Source: a virus
DNA length: 64,000 bases
Strand: one strand, 5' to 3'
IMG/VR virus record: IMGVR_UViG_3300025141_010453
Coordinates: 30,013 to 94,012 of that record
Shown: piece by piece, positions 19,843 to 29,640 of the stretch
Layout of the letters: every line of letters starts with the position of its first letter
Numbering within the stretch: position 1 is the first letter of the stretch
Program-made: the position numbers and the translations under genes
The notes under the pieces: generated by a model
Seen by the model: the letters and a program-made list of their open reading frames with translations, nothing else
Database searches by the model: none
Told to the model about the DNA's origin: nothing

Positions 19843-20110
19843 TAATCTGAAACTCAAAGTAGGTTCAGAACATCTTTACTTTGATGTTGATGAATTTATG
19901 AACAATGTAGGAGTATTGTCTAAGGATAATAAGACTATGGAAATAAATCTGCCTAAATTTGAATTTTTTAAAGCTATGGTAGATACAACATGTGGAATTG
20001 TAGAAGATATTGATGAGACTTTGGGGGTCGTTTCAATGAACAAGCTACCTCTATCTTACAAATTAGCTTTAAACACATTAATAAAATATAATATAATTAA
20101 AAAACTATAA
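19808..20110 (+). CDS. Hypothetical protein (start uncertain)
   Basis: ORF within the operon. Confidence 0.55.
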   Translation: MRMPIKKVLSSSNLKLKVGSEHLYFDVDEFMNNVGVLSKDNKTMEINLPKFEFFKAMVDTTCGIVEDIDETLGVVSMNKLPLSYKLALNTLIKYNIIKKL

Positions 20111-20112
20111 TT

Positions 20113-21180
20113 ATGGAGACGGAAAAACAATTATCCCAGTTAAAAGCTGGATTAAATAAAATGGAAAATAAAGAAGCTAAAATTTATTTTTTAACTCAAG
20201 ATACTGAAGGTCGTGCAATTGCTTCAGTAAATTTAAATTATCAATATGTAAAATATCTAAATGAAGCGGGCTACAACGCTTATATTCTTTATGAGAAAAA
20301 AGATTATAAGGGTGTTGGTGACTGGTTATCTAACGAATATGTTAATTTACCTCATGCAAATATAGAGGATGGTGAATTAAAAGTTGGGCCACAAGATTTT
20401 GTGGTGATACCTGAACTATATAGTCATGTATTGGAACAGATAAAGGATATGCCTTGTTCTAAAATAATCCTATGTCAAGCATATGATTATATTTTAGAAA
20501 CTTTACCTCCGGGGTTTGGGTGGATTAATTATGGGATTAGAAAATGTATTACTACTACAGAATCACAAAAAGAATATATTAAAAACCTATTTCCCAATAT
20601 AGAAACTACTATAATACAGCCTTCTTTCCCGGACTATTTTAAGCCCACAAAAAAACCTAAAAATCCAATGGTTGCTATACATACTAGAGACCCTAGAAAC
20701 ACTATGAAAATAATTAAAGAATTTTATATAAAAAATCCACAATTTAAATGGATTACATTCCGAGATATGAGAAATATGAGTAGAGAAGAATTTGCTAAAA
20801 TATTGAGTGAATCATGTGTGTCTGTTTGGGTAGATAGAATTAGTGGTTTTGGAACATTCCCTATGGAATCTATGTTATGTAAAACACCTGTAATCGGGTC
20901 CCTCCCAATACTAAAGCCTGATTGGTTAACTCAAGATAATGGGTTATGGACAATGGATGAATCTAAACTAGTTGAAGTTTTGGGTAACTATATTAAAACT
21001 TGGTTGGAGGGAAGTGTTCCCGTTGAGTTATACGCTAAGATGGAAGAAACGGTTAGTGTATTTTCTGAAGATAAGGAACGTGATTCATTAGTTTCTTACT
21101 TTAAAACTTTATTTGATGAAAAAACACAGGAATTTAAAAATTCCATAAATAAACTAACACCTGTTGGTGCAAACGCTTAA
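20113..21180 (+). CDS. Glycosyltransferase, GT-B fold (GT4-like)
   Basis: D.VVIPE; GFGTFPMESMLCKTPVIG resembles E-x-F-G-x-P-x-E-A-M. Confidence 0.7.
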   Translation: METEKQLSQLKAGLNKMENKEAKIYFLTQDTEGRAIASVNLNYQYVKYLNEAGYNAYILYEKKDYKGVGDWLSNEYVNLPHANIEDGELKVGPQDFVVIPELYSHVLEQIKDMPCSKIILCQAYDYILETLPPGFGWINYGIRKCITTTESQKEYIKNLFPNIETTIIQPSFPDYFKPTKKPKNPMVAIHTRDPRNTMKIIKEFYIKNPQFKWITFRDMRNMSREEFAKILSESCVSVWVDRISGFGTFPMESMLCKTPVIGSLPILKPDWLTQDNGLWTMDESKLVEVLGNYIKTWLEGSVPVELYAKMEETVSVFSEDKERDSLVSYFKTLFDEKTQEFKNSINKLTPVGANA

Positions 21181-21184
21181 AATT

Positions 21185-21982
21185 ATGAATAATACAGATA
21201 TAACAGTTATATTACCTATACATGATGTGTCCGGTAAATTTAATGAATGGTTTCCTAAAGCCATTAAAAGTTTAGAACAATCTCAAGTAAAGCCCGGTAA
21301 CTTACTATTAATATGTGCTGAGAATAAAGATAATAAAAATTTTATGGAATCTTGGGTCGCTCCTGAGGGCATTTCTACTAAAATTTTATATAATGATGGT
21401 GAAAGTGATTATTGTAGCCAAATTAATTTTGGTGTTACCAATACTGAAACAGAATTTTTCTCTATATTAGAATATGATGATGAATATTCTAATATTTGGT
21501 TTAAACAATTTAATGAGTATGTTGCCTACTATGATGAGGTGGATTTATTTTTTCCTTTAGTAGTAGATACAGATGAGAATGGTCAATTTATTGGTTTTAC
21601 CAATGAAGCGTTATGGGCTATGGGTTTTTCTGAAGATTTGGGTTATTTAGATAATAATACTTTATTAAAGTATCAAAATTTTCAAGTTAGTGGAATGATT
21701 ATGAGAAAAAGTAAATTCGAGGAAGTTGGTGCCCTAAAACCATCTGTGAAATTAACTTTTAATTACGAGTTTTTACTTCGTGCTACTTATAACGATACTA
21801 TTATTATGACCATACCAAAAGTTGGCTATAAACATACCAATCAAAGAACTAATTCTTTATTCTGGGAATACAAATTTAATAAAGATAAACAGTTAAGTCC
21901 CGACGAAGCTAAATTCTGGGTTGATTTGGCAAAGAAAGAATACTTTTTTACTACCGATAGAAAAGTACAATATGATGGATAA
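21185..21982 (+). CDS. Glycosyltransferase family 2-like
   Basis: ITVILPIH, INFGV, LEYDDEY, EF.LR; ATG 21185 preferred. Confidence 0.75.
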   Translation: MNNTDITVILPIHDVSGKFNEWFPKAIKSLEQSQVKPGNLLLICAENKDNKNFMESWVAPEGISTKILYNDGESDYCSQINFGVTNTETEFFSILEYDDEYSNIWFKQFNEYVAYYDEVDLFFPLVVDTDENGQFIGFTNEALWAMGFSEDLGYLDNNTLLKYQNFQVSGMIMRKSKFEEVGALKPSVKLTFNYEFLLRATYNDTIIMTIPKVGYKHTNQRTNSLFWEYKFNKDKQLSPDEAKFWVDLAKKEYFFTTDRKVQYDG

Positions 21983-22686
21983 TGGGCCGAAAACCATTAA
22001 ATAAACAATATTTTGGTCCTCCACAAGAAGAAGCTGTAAGAGTATTTTTAACTGCAACTACGTGGGACGAAAAAAATACTGTTTACAATACCTTTTTACG
22101 TGACCCCCTAACAAAAATGATTGATAGTATCATTAGACGTTACCGCTTGTATCGACCAAATATGGAGTTTCGAGAGATGCATGTAGATACCTTATCATTT
22201 TTAGTAACTAAAATGGAAAAATTTAAACCCGCTAAAGGTAAAAAAGCTTATTCGTACTTTGGTACCATCTGTAAAAACTATCTTATGGGTCAGATTATGA
22301 AAGACAATAGAGATAGAAATAGAAAAATCTCTTATGAAGATATATCTCATCATCTCGAACAACGTGAAGATATGAGTTATACTATGTTCAATGATGATGA
22401 GTTACCATTAGAGGGAATAATTATTAAACTTGTGTCTGAAATAAAAGGATTTATTTCTAATAATAGATTAAGTATTAACGAAGAAAAGGTTGGGTACTGT
22501 TTAATCGATGTGTTTGATAATTATAAAACTATCTTTATAGCGGGAAAAGGTAATAAATTTAATAAGAATATCATTTTATACCAATTACGTGAAATGAGTG
22601 GTCTCACTACTAAAGAGATTAGGTCCGCTTTAAAACCTTATAAAAACATTTATCAAGATATTCTAGTTTCTCTAGTAAATAAGTAA
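21982..22686 (+). CDS. Phage RNA polymerase sigma factor, T4 gp55-like (late transcription)
   Basis: KFKPAKGKKAYSYFGTICKNYL resembles sigma region 2.3/2.4; lies directly before the virion genes. Confidence 0.7.
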   Translation: MGRKPLNKQYFGPPQEEAVRVFLTATTWDEKNTVYNTFLRDPLTKMIDSIIRRYRLYRPNMEFREMHVDTLSFLVTKMEKFKPAKGKKAYSYFGTICKNYLMGQIMKDNRDRNRKISYEDISHHLEQREDMSYTMFNDDELPLEGIIIKLVSEIKGFISNNRLSINEEKVGYCLIDVFDNYKTIFIAGKGNKFNKNIILYQLREMSGLTTKEIRSALKPYKNIYQDILVSLVNK

Positions 22687-22689
22687 TTA

Positions 22690-22699
22690 GATATTTATA
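22690..22699 (+). promoter_or_regulatory. Putative late promoter GATATTTATA
   Basis: Recurrent sense-strand motif; 3 nt before ATG 22703. Confidence 0.65.
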
Positions 22700-22702
22700 G
22701 GT

Positions 22703-23080
22703 ATGCCTAGACCTAAAAGAAAACAAATAAAATTAACCCACGAAAGTGCTGTTTCTCTTATGCAAGAAATATATAATGAATGCGTAGAGCAACGTACTAC
22801 CGCTATCCGTATACAAAATAAAATGATTGGCTTTATGCACGAAGCTGCGGATATGGCTTTAATAGGGCCTGTTTTAAAAGAACAACAAAAAATAATAGAT
22901 TCCTCTATAGATAAAAAATTACAATTATCTAAACTCCTAGCTACTATAGTTTCTAAAAATTTAGAAAATTCTCAAATGGGTACCATATTAGGAGAGGATA
23001 TTAAAGAGTCTATAAATGAATTATTGCATAAATCTGCAGAAGACGATTCTAATGATACCAATATAAAATATAAAATGTAA
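22703..23080 (+). CDS. Hypothetical helical late protein
   Basis: ORF after the late motif; coiled-coil character. Confidence 0.6.
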   Translation: MPRPKRKQIKLTHESAVSLMQEIYNECVEQRTTAIRIQNKMIGFMHEAADMALIGPVLKEQQKIIDSSIDKKLQLSKLLATIVSKNLENSQMGTILGEDIKESINELLHKSAEDDSNDTNIKYKM

Positions 23081-25191
23081 TGTCTGAGTCAATACAGGTC
23101 CAAAAAGATATATTTGGTCAAATTCAAGGTCTTTTAGCTTTCTTAGATACTACAGAAGAAAAGAAAAATAGAGAGAATTTAGAAGCCTGGAAAAATACTC
23201 TGGAATCATTAAGAGAAATTACCAGTAATCCGTTGCCTTTTCTTTTAGAATTACTTAAAGTATTAAAACAAAAAAAATCTAATGAAAAAAAGGGAGCCAA
23301 AGCAAAAAAAATGCGTGCGGCAAAACGTAAAAAAAGACGTGGACAAAAAAATAAAACTGAAGATGGAAAATATAAGGAAACTAAAAAATCTTTTGCTGAA
23401 AAATTTCATTTAGATGTATCTGCAGATGTTTGGTTAAGAGTTCTTAATCAAATTATTAAAGAATCCATTATAGCTACTATCCCTAAAATTGATGATATCC
23501 TTTTCGAAGAAATAATTGCTGCTTTTAATTGTGATTTATCTATGTTGGTACCTGTAGCTGGGGATGGATTAAATGGCCCAATAGTTATTAATATTTCTGC
23601 AGTAGACCAACTAAAGCAATTATTTAACGACCCTGGTAGTCCTGTTGGGAGGTATATGTACGAACAATTCGGATTACAGGGTACTTCTTACCCACCTGGT
23701 CCTACCTCATACCCAGTTAATAGATTTTTAAGAGATATCACCTTTAATAATGGTGCACTTGTCAATCCTGGAGCACCCTCAAATAGACAAACAATATATG
23801 GAAGAAGTGGAAGGGCTTTATTTGATATTCAAGCCGCGAGTAACCAATTTACTATATGGCCGTATTATAAAGTGGATTTGATTACCCCAAATGCACAAAC
23901 TCCTGGTTCCGCTCCTGCAGCTGGTGTTCCTGGTGCGACAAAATTTACATTTGTAGAATTCTTAAAAGATTATTTTGGTAATGTTCGTCTTATAGAGATA
24001 CAAAATTTCTTAGGTGCCTTAATGGAAATTCTTACTGGTTTTATGAGTGTAAGAAATAAGAACTTTAGTATTGAAAACCTGTTGGGTCTACAAAAATTAA
24101 TGGCTTCAATAAATAAGATGTTAGAATCTTGTGATGGTATGGATATGCATACCTCTACAGATGCGGTAGATAAATTATCCGAACTTTATGATGATGATAG
24201 TTTCTTTGAGTTTACCGCGGAAGAGATGAGAAATATAGAAATTGAAACTCAAAAGAAATCAGAAAATGTTATTAGTTTACTTAGTTGTGGTGTTGTAGAT
24301 GTTCCAGTAGATAATGAATTATTAGATGAAGGATGTGACGCTATTTTAGCAACATTTAACAAAGATGAACAGTTGAAACGATTTGATTTGGTGTTACAGC
24401 AATTTGCAAGTACGTCAGCTAAAAAACATGGATTTGAAATAGATTTGGGTACTATATCGTTACCAGCAGAAATAGATTTTAAAGAAAATTTAATAAAAAA
24501 GTTGCCTCAAATTTTAGTATATTCCATTTTAAATCCAAAAGCAGTATTACCAATTGTATTAACAGCTCAACTATTAAATCAAAATGGTACTATACCAACA
24601 GGAGTTGATATGTTTGCTAGAATATTTAAACGAGTAATCATACGAGTAGTTAAAGCTTTCTTAGCAGAAGTAGCTAGAAGAATTTTAGCTTTAGTTAAAG
24701 AAATATTATTAAGATATCTAAAAGAGTTGATTAAACGAAAGTTAGATGAAATGAATAAAAAGAAAATTCGTATGATTAAAAAATTAATCGATATATTATT
24801 TCCTTTAATCATAGCATTACAAGAAGCAACAAGTTGTAAAGAAATATATAATATATTATTGGCGGCATTGGCTGCTAATATGCCAGATATTCCTTTTGGT
24901 GTTCCACCATTTTTAGTTTCTGCAGCTAGACTGAGACCTGGCACAAGTTCTTTAGGTGCCTTTGAAAAGCTCATCGATAAACTTCAATCCCAAGGCATAC
25001 CTATAGGCGATATGCCAGATGGGTCACCTAATCTTTTCATGTTATCGCAGTTTGCTTTAATACAGTCTATGGATGAAGAGAGAACAGATAATGGTGCAGC
25101 TCAAGGAGTTATAATGAATGGGCAAGTAATAAATGCAGTTGGGGGTGGATTAATTAAACCGTTCACTAGGACAGATAGTATTTTAAAATAA
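23080..25191 (+). CDS. Large putative virion (baseplate-region) protein
   Basis: 703 aa in the late operon upstream of the gp5-like gene; very basic stretch and amphipathic helices. Confidence 0.5.
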   Translation: MSESIQVQKDIFGQIQGLLAFLDTTEEKKNRENLEAWKNTLESLREITSNPLPFLLELLKVLKQKKSNEKKGAKAKKMRAAKRKKRRGQKNKTEDGKYKETKKSFAEKFHLDVSADVWLRVLNQIIKESIIATIPKIDDILFEEIIAAFNCDLSMLVPVAGDGLNGPIVINISAVDQLKQLFNDPGSPVGRYMYEQFGLQGTSYPPGPTSYPVNRFLRDITFNNGALVNPGAPSNRQTIYGRSGRALFDIQAASNQFTIWPYYKVDLITPNAQTPGSAPAAGVPGATKFTFVEFLKDYFGNVRLIEIQNFLGALMEILTGFMSVRNKNFSIENLLGLQKLMASINKMLESCDGMDMHTSTDAVDKLSELYDDDSFFEFTAEEMRNIEIETQKKSENVISLLSCGVVDVPVDNELLDEGCDAILATFNKDEQLKRFDLVLQQFASTSAKKHGFEIDLGTISLPAEIDFKENLIKKLPQILVYSILNPKAVLPIVLTAQLLNQNGTIPTGVDMFARIFKRVIIRVVKAFLAEVARRILALVKEILLRYLKELIKRKLDEMNKKKIRMIKKLIDILFPLIIALQEATSCKEIYNILLAALAANMPDIPFGVPPFLVSAARLRPGTSSLGAFEKLIDKLQSQGIPIGDMPDGSPNLFMLSQFALIQSMDEERTDNGAAQGVIMNGQVINAVGGGLIKPFTRTDSILK

Positions 25192-25195
25192 AATT

Positions 25196-25378
25196 ATGAG
25201 TGAATTTTTTAAAGAATATAAAGAAAAATCTAATGATGAAATTCTAGATGTTATGCAAACTCTTAAAGAGGAATTTGAAAAAACAAAATTACTTATTGTA
25301 GAATTAAGTTATCATATAGAAACTACGGAGCGTAAATTTAACCTCTTAAACGATGAAATGAAAAAAAGAAAGGGCTAA
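25196..25378 (+). CDS. Small coiled-coil hypothetical protein
   Basis: 60-aa ORF tightly packed in the operon. Confidence 0.55.
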   Translation: MSEFFKEYKEKSNDEILDVMQTLKEEFEKTKLLIVELSYHIETTERKFNLLNDEMKKRKG

Positions 25379-25380
25379 AT

Positions 25381-27186
25381 ATGAACGACGACAAACTTCT
25401 AAATATAATTAGACGTAAATTAATTACTTATGGTACCTGTGTAAATAATTCTGACCCTATGAGAGCGGGGAGAATAAGAGCGATACTACCAGAAGGTGAA
25501 AATACAGCCCAAACAAAATGTGATGACCCAAAAGAATGTATTAAACTTTATGATAAATTAGCGGCTAAGGGAGAACTAATAATTGGTGGTTCTGCTCTTT
25601 CTTATACACCGTGGATGGATGATGACCCTTATACCTTTTCATCATTTTTACCTCTAGCAATTAATGTAATACCTAAAGTAGGTGAAGCTGTAAAATTAAT
25701 ATCTTGGGAAACACAAAAAAATCTTAATTTAGAATATATAGGTCCTATGATTTCTCAACCAGGAAGTATAGAATTAGATAGCTACCATAGTGGGATAATT
25801 CATACAGCTGCTGGAGTAGGTAATAAACCACTACCTCCATATGCTGTCCCCATTGGTGACCCTAAAATAAATCCTGTAAGTATTCCGCTTGAAGAAAGTA
25901 AGGGTAGTTTTATACACCCAGATGATATAGGCTTATATGGTAGAAATAATACTGATATTATTCTAGGGATGGCGGAAAATTCTATTATAGACGAAAGTAC
26001 TGAGGATGTAGAAGAATCATACCCACAAATCATAATTCGTTCTGGCAAATTAATTAAAAACCCTGTTGCTAGTTCAAAACCAACTAAAAATTTAAGACCA
26101 ACATTTATCCAATTAAGTACTTTTCCACAGACTCTTACTAGGATAGAAGAAGAAGAACCAGAAACAACTACTGAAGATTTACCTATAAGTACCCTTATTG
26201 AATACTCAATGGATAGAGGTGCTCTATGTGCACAGCCTACCGTATTCACTGGTGCTGTAAAAGTGTGGAAAATGCCTCCTGTAAATAGTGATAGTGGAGG
26301 AGCTGGAGGTAATGGCGGTGGTTGTATGAGTATGCGAATGACTAATGAACGACCTGTAGGTACTCTAGCGGGCAGTACAGGGCCAACTGATAAACAATGG
26401 GCAATGACTATAACATTTACTAGTGCTCCTAGTATTGAAGAGATTGGTAGAGAAATAAATGCTTTACTTAATGATGTTGATAAGGAACAGTGGAGTAACG
26501 TAATAAAACAACCTTCAGCAAGTTGGGCTAAGAAAACATTTTCTAGTAGTGTTGATTTAAATAACCAAAATAATGTTGGGGCCTTTTTGGGGAATACTCA
26601 TCCTCTCTTTTTTAGACCTGATGCTCCCTTACTACAGACAATGGATAAAGGACAACCTAATATATGGCCTGGACCTGCTACATTTATAACTGTGAAAGGT
26701 ATAGTAAAACCTCTGCAAGATATGGTAGGTTTAGATGGCGTAAAAACAAAAAAAGGTGGTTTAGCTTTTGAAGGACCGAATGGTAGTCGAGAGGTTAAGA
26801 AAGAAACTAAAATGGTGAAGGTAATGAACCCGGGACCACCCAAACTAGAACAAGAAGGTATTATTACTGCAGCAGCAGAAAAAATATATTTATTTTCTTA
26901 TAATACTACCGATTTAAATGGTGCTATAACACTAACATCAAACTACGGTATACCTCAAGCAAAATTTATAGATGATATAGAAAAAAAAACCAATTCAGTC
27001 GTCCGTGGAGAAAGGCTTCTAGAACTTCTAAAAAAAATGGCTAATTTCCAAGCTAACCATACCCATTCTTGTCCTGGGGTTGCATCATGCCCTACAGCTC
27101 ATGATGGCACCACTACATCAGATATAGATAAATTAATCAAAGAAGCTGAAGAAACTATCCTTAATAAAAATATACGGATTAACTAG
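25381..27186 (+). CDS. Baseplate central spike (gp5/gpV-like)
   Basis: N-terminal OB-fold signatures DPMRAGRIRA and PKVGEAVKL; C-terminal VRGE.L...L and HTH (NHTHSCPG) metal-binding tip motif. Confidence 0.7.
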   Translation: MNDDKLLNIIRRKLITYGTCVNNSDPMRAGRIRAILPEGENTAQTKCDDPKECIKLYDKLAAKGELIIGGSALSYTPWMDDDPYTFSSFLPLAINVIPKVGEAVKLISWETQKNLNLEYIGPMISQPGSIELDSYHSGIIHTAAGVGNKPLPPYAVPIGDPKINPVSIPLEESKGSFIHPDDIGLYGRNNTDIILGMAENSIIDESTEDVEESYPQIIIRSGKLIKNPVASSKPTKNLRPTFIQLSTFPQTLTRIEEEEPETTTEDLPISTLIEYSMDRGALCAQPTVFTGAVKVWKMPPVNSDSGGAGGNGGGCMSMRMTNERPVGTLAGSTGPTDKQWAMTITFTSAPSIEEIGREINALLNDVDKEQWSNVIKQPSASWAKKTFSSSVDLNNQNNVGAFLGNTHPLFFRPDAPLLQTMDKGQPNIWPGPATFITVKGIVKPLQDMVGLDGVKTKKGGLAFEGPNGSREVKKETKMVKVMNPGPPKLEQEGIITAAAEKIYLFSYNTTDLNGAITLTSNYGIPQAKFIDDIEKKTNSVVRGERLLELLKKMANFQANHTHSCPGVASCPTAHDGTTTSDIDKLIKEAEETILNKNIRIN

Positions 27187-27195
27187 ATATTTATA
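27186..27195 (+). promoter_or_regulatory. Putative late promoter GATATTTATA
   Basis: 14 nt upstream of ATG 27210. Confidence 0.65.
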
Positions 27196-27209
27196 GTAAA
27201 ACTAATATA

Positions 27210-28700
27210 ATGATACATAGGTCGTACTTTGCTAAAAATAATACATTAATTGCTAATAACACAGTAAATACCGCTAAAAATCCTGTTACCCAATTATTTT
27301 ATGGTAAAAATGTTACAAAAAAATGTAGATTTACTGGATTATCTGCACATACGTGTGATGGACTTACTGGTTTTACAATGAATAATGATACTGGTTTTAG
27401 TCGCTTTATTTTTGAGCTAGGCCTAGATGACTTAATAGAAAAATATACTTCATGTTGTATTCCTAATGTTAATGTATTAAGTCATACGTTAAAAATGACA
27501 AATACCTCTAATTTTGATGATACCTTAATGAATGATAAAATTTTAGTAGATGATACTAGACGTGCTACTTCATTTACACTTATGTTATTTAAAGCCGTTA
27601 GTGGTACTTCGTGGGATGAAGGTGTTGGTTATGATTATCTGGTACCTGATGGTATATTTGCACCTGAATTTGATTTGACTTATTCTCAAAGACCAAGTAA
27701 TTGGTTTTCTGCGACTACTCTTGCTTCTTGGCCTATTCCTGGTACTTATTTAAACACTAATACAGCGTCTTTTCAAGTTTTAGCAACCCAAAATTTTGAT
27801 AATGGTAATGAAAATATATCTTTTAATAGTTTATGGTTAGATGCTGAAATTAATGGTATAATCACTACCCCAGCCAGTTCTGCTGATACTACCTATGGAA
27901 TTGCGTTTATTCCAGCTTTTGAGAATCTTAGTGGGTTAACTGAAGCTTATTCTGTTGGATTCTTTACACGCTATACTCAAACATTTTTTGAGCCTTTCTT
28001 AGAAACTACATACAATGATGTTATTGATGATGATAGAAGTAATTTTAATCTTGGTACTCCTAACAACTTATTTTTATATGCTTATGACCATAATGGAACA
28101 CCAATTTGTTTTGATTCCCTACCTACTGTTACAATTGAGGATTGTAATGGTAATACAGTTGGTACTTATACTGCCTCTCAGTTAACTTGTGGTGTATATT
28201 ATATAAACTTAACTATATCATCATTACCACAAACTGCTCCAGTATATTATAGTGATATATGGTCAAATCTTTCTATTAGTGGTGTACCACAGCCTAATAT
28301 AACAAATGAATTTATAATTTATGACAATGCATTTAGTATTGGTTCCACCGCTGGTGAACCAAAAGTTTATGGTTATTCCGTATCAGGTATTAAAGAAGAT
28401 GAAAAATTAACTAATGGAGAAACTAGAAAAATATTCATATCTACTAGAGTTCCTTATACAGTAGAACAACAAGTTTTAGTCGATAATTTGCAATATAGAT
28501 TATATGTAACCCAAGGTACCACTCAAGTTGAGGTGATTCCTTGGACCTCAGTTAATAGGTCATTTACACACAATTATTTCCTATTAGACACCGGATGGAT
28601 GATACCAAATGAATATTACCTAGATATAAAAGCTACTTCTAATCAACAGGTAGATATTTATAGAAAACAAATAAAATTTCAAGTAATTAATCAATTATGA
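27210..28700 (+). CDS. Putative virion structural protein (beta-rich)
   Basis: T/S/N/G-rich with WDEGVGYDY; late motif upstream. Confidence 0.55.
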   Translation: MIHRSYFAKNNTLIANNTVNTAKNPVTQLFYGKNVTKKCRFTGLSAHTCDGLTGFTMNNDTGFSRFIFELGLDDLIEKYTSCCIPNVNVLSHTLKMTNTSNFDDTLMNDKILVDDTRRATSFTLMLFKAVSGTSWDEGVGYDYLVPDGIFAPEFDLTYSQRPSNWFSATTLASWPIPGTYLNTNTASFQVLATQNFDNGNENISFNSLWLDAEINGIITTPASSADTTYGIAFIPAFENLSGLTEAYSVGFFTRYTQTFFEPFLETTYNDVIDDDRSNFNLGTPNNLFLYAYDHNGTPICFDSLPTVTIEDCNGNTVGTYTASQLTCGVYYINLTISSLPQTAPVYYSDIWSNLSISGVPQPNITNEFIIYDNAFSIGSTAGEPKVYGYSVSGIKEDEKLTNGETRKIFISTRVPYTVEQQVLVDNLQYRLYVTQGTTQVEVIPWTSVNRSFTHNYFLLDTGWMIPNEYYLDIKATSNQQVDIYRKQIKFQVINQL

Positions 28701-29206
28701 AAAAAATAAGAATAACAGAAAGTGAATTAGTGGACTTAATAGAAAAACTAGTTAAAGAAAATATTGGTAATGGTACAGGTTTTAATTTTGGTATGTTAGG
28801 GACCCCAACCTCAAAATATAAAGAATTAGAAGAAACTGAAGCCCATGGAGAGTTTAACACCAAAAATGGAGAAGAAGAAGGTGAAGAAGAAGTAGAAGAA
28901 GAATTTAATTATGACACATCACAAACTGGTGATAAAACAGTAGACCTTAATGTGATGAAACAAACTAATCAATCAGATTGGATGGGGGAAAGTATTACAG
29001 AATCTCAATTAATTAAAAGACTTAAAAAAAGATTAATTAAAGAAGAAGGTAAGGGTTGTGCAAAGTCAGAAGGTGGAGATGGTTGTATAGATAAAGATGG
29101 AAAAGGTTGGTTTATTTGGAATAACAAAAAAGGTGGTATATTTAAAAGATGTTCAAGTGAAAAAGATTGTGAAGAAATTTTAAGTGTTCCCGCAGTACAT
29201 GGTTAA
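28697..29206 (+). CDS. Putative head-internal protein with ITESEL-type leader
   Basis: MKKIRITESELVDLIEKLVKE and internal ITESQLIKRLKKRLIKE; acidic linker; Cys-containing C-terminal domain. Confidence 0.55.
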   Translation: MKKIRITESELVDLIEKLVKENIGNGTGFNFGMLGTPTSKYKELEETEAHGEFNTKNGEEEGEEEVEEEFNYDTSQTGDKTVDLNVMKQTNQSDWMGESITESQLIKRLKKRLIKEEGKGCAKSEGGDGCIDKDGKGWFIWNNKKGGIFKRCSSEKDCEEILSVPAVHG

Positions 29207-29230
29207 TTAAATAAAAAATATATAGATATT

Positions 29231-29257
29231 AAAAAACCACTTAATAAGTGGTTTTTT
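29231..29257. terminator. Bidirectional intrinsic terminator
   Basis: AAAAAACCACTT-aat-AAGTGGTTTTTT between convergent genes. Confidence 0.85.
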
Positions 29258-29262
29258 TGTTT

Positions 29263-29556
29263 TTAGATGTCATCCTCGTCATCTACATAATCATATTCAT
29301 GAGTTACGGTTGTGTGTGACGGTGATTGTGGTTCTTCAACTTCCTCATACTGAGGTGAGAAATTTTCTGCAGCTGTAAAACCAAGTCCTGCCATTACAAT
29401 CCATTGAAGCGATTGGAATAAATTGTCGTCGACTGTAAAATCCCAAAATAAATTTGCTGTATAACCAATTAACATAAATAATAGACATATAAATGTTACA
29501 ACTCTTTTACTAGAGACTTTACTTCCACCACTTAACATGTTTTTAAGAAAATGCAT
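29263..29556 (-). CDS. Small membrane protein, holin-like
   Basis: SSKR followed by two hydrophobic helices and an acidic tail; own late motif at 29571-29580. Confidence 0.45.
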   Translation of the reverse strand: MHFLKNMLSGGSKVSSKRVVTFICLLFMLIGYTANLFWDFTVDDNLFQSLQWIVMAGLGFTAAENFSPQYEEVEEPQSPSHTTVTHEYDYVDDEDDI

Positions 29557-29570
29557 AATATTGTTTTTAT

Positions 29571-29580
29571 TATAAATATC
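29571..29580 (-). promoter_or_regulatory. Putative late promoter GATATTTATA
   Basis: TATAAATATC on + strand, 14 nt upstream of the minus-strand ATG. Confidence 0.65.
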
Positions 29581-29589
29581 TAGGCATAA

Positions 29590-29618
29590 AAAAAAGCCCT
29601 CATAAAGAGGGCTTTTTT
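29590..29618 (-). terminator. Intrinsic terminator of the major capsid gene
   Basis: AAAAAAGCCCTC-ataaa-GAGGGCTTTTTT followed by a U-run on the minus strand. Confidence 0.85.
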
Positions 29619-29640
29619 AAATATATAACTTATTCAGTTA

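Noticed and set aside
22703-23080. Possible terminase small subunit
   Set aside because: Size and helical character fit, but no recognisable motif and it is not adjacent to the large subunit
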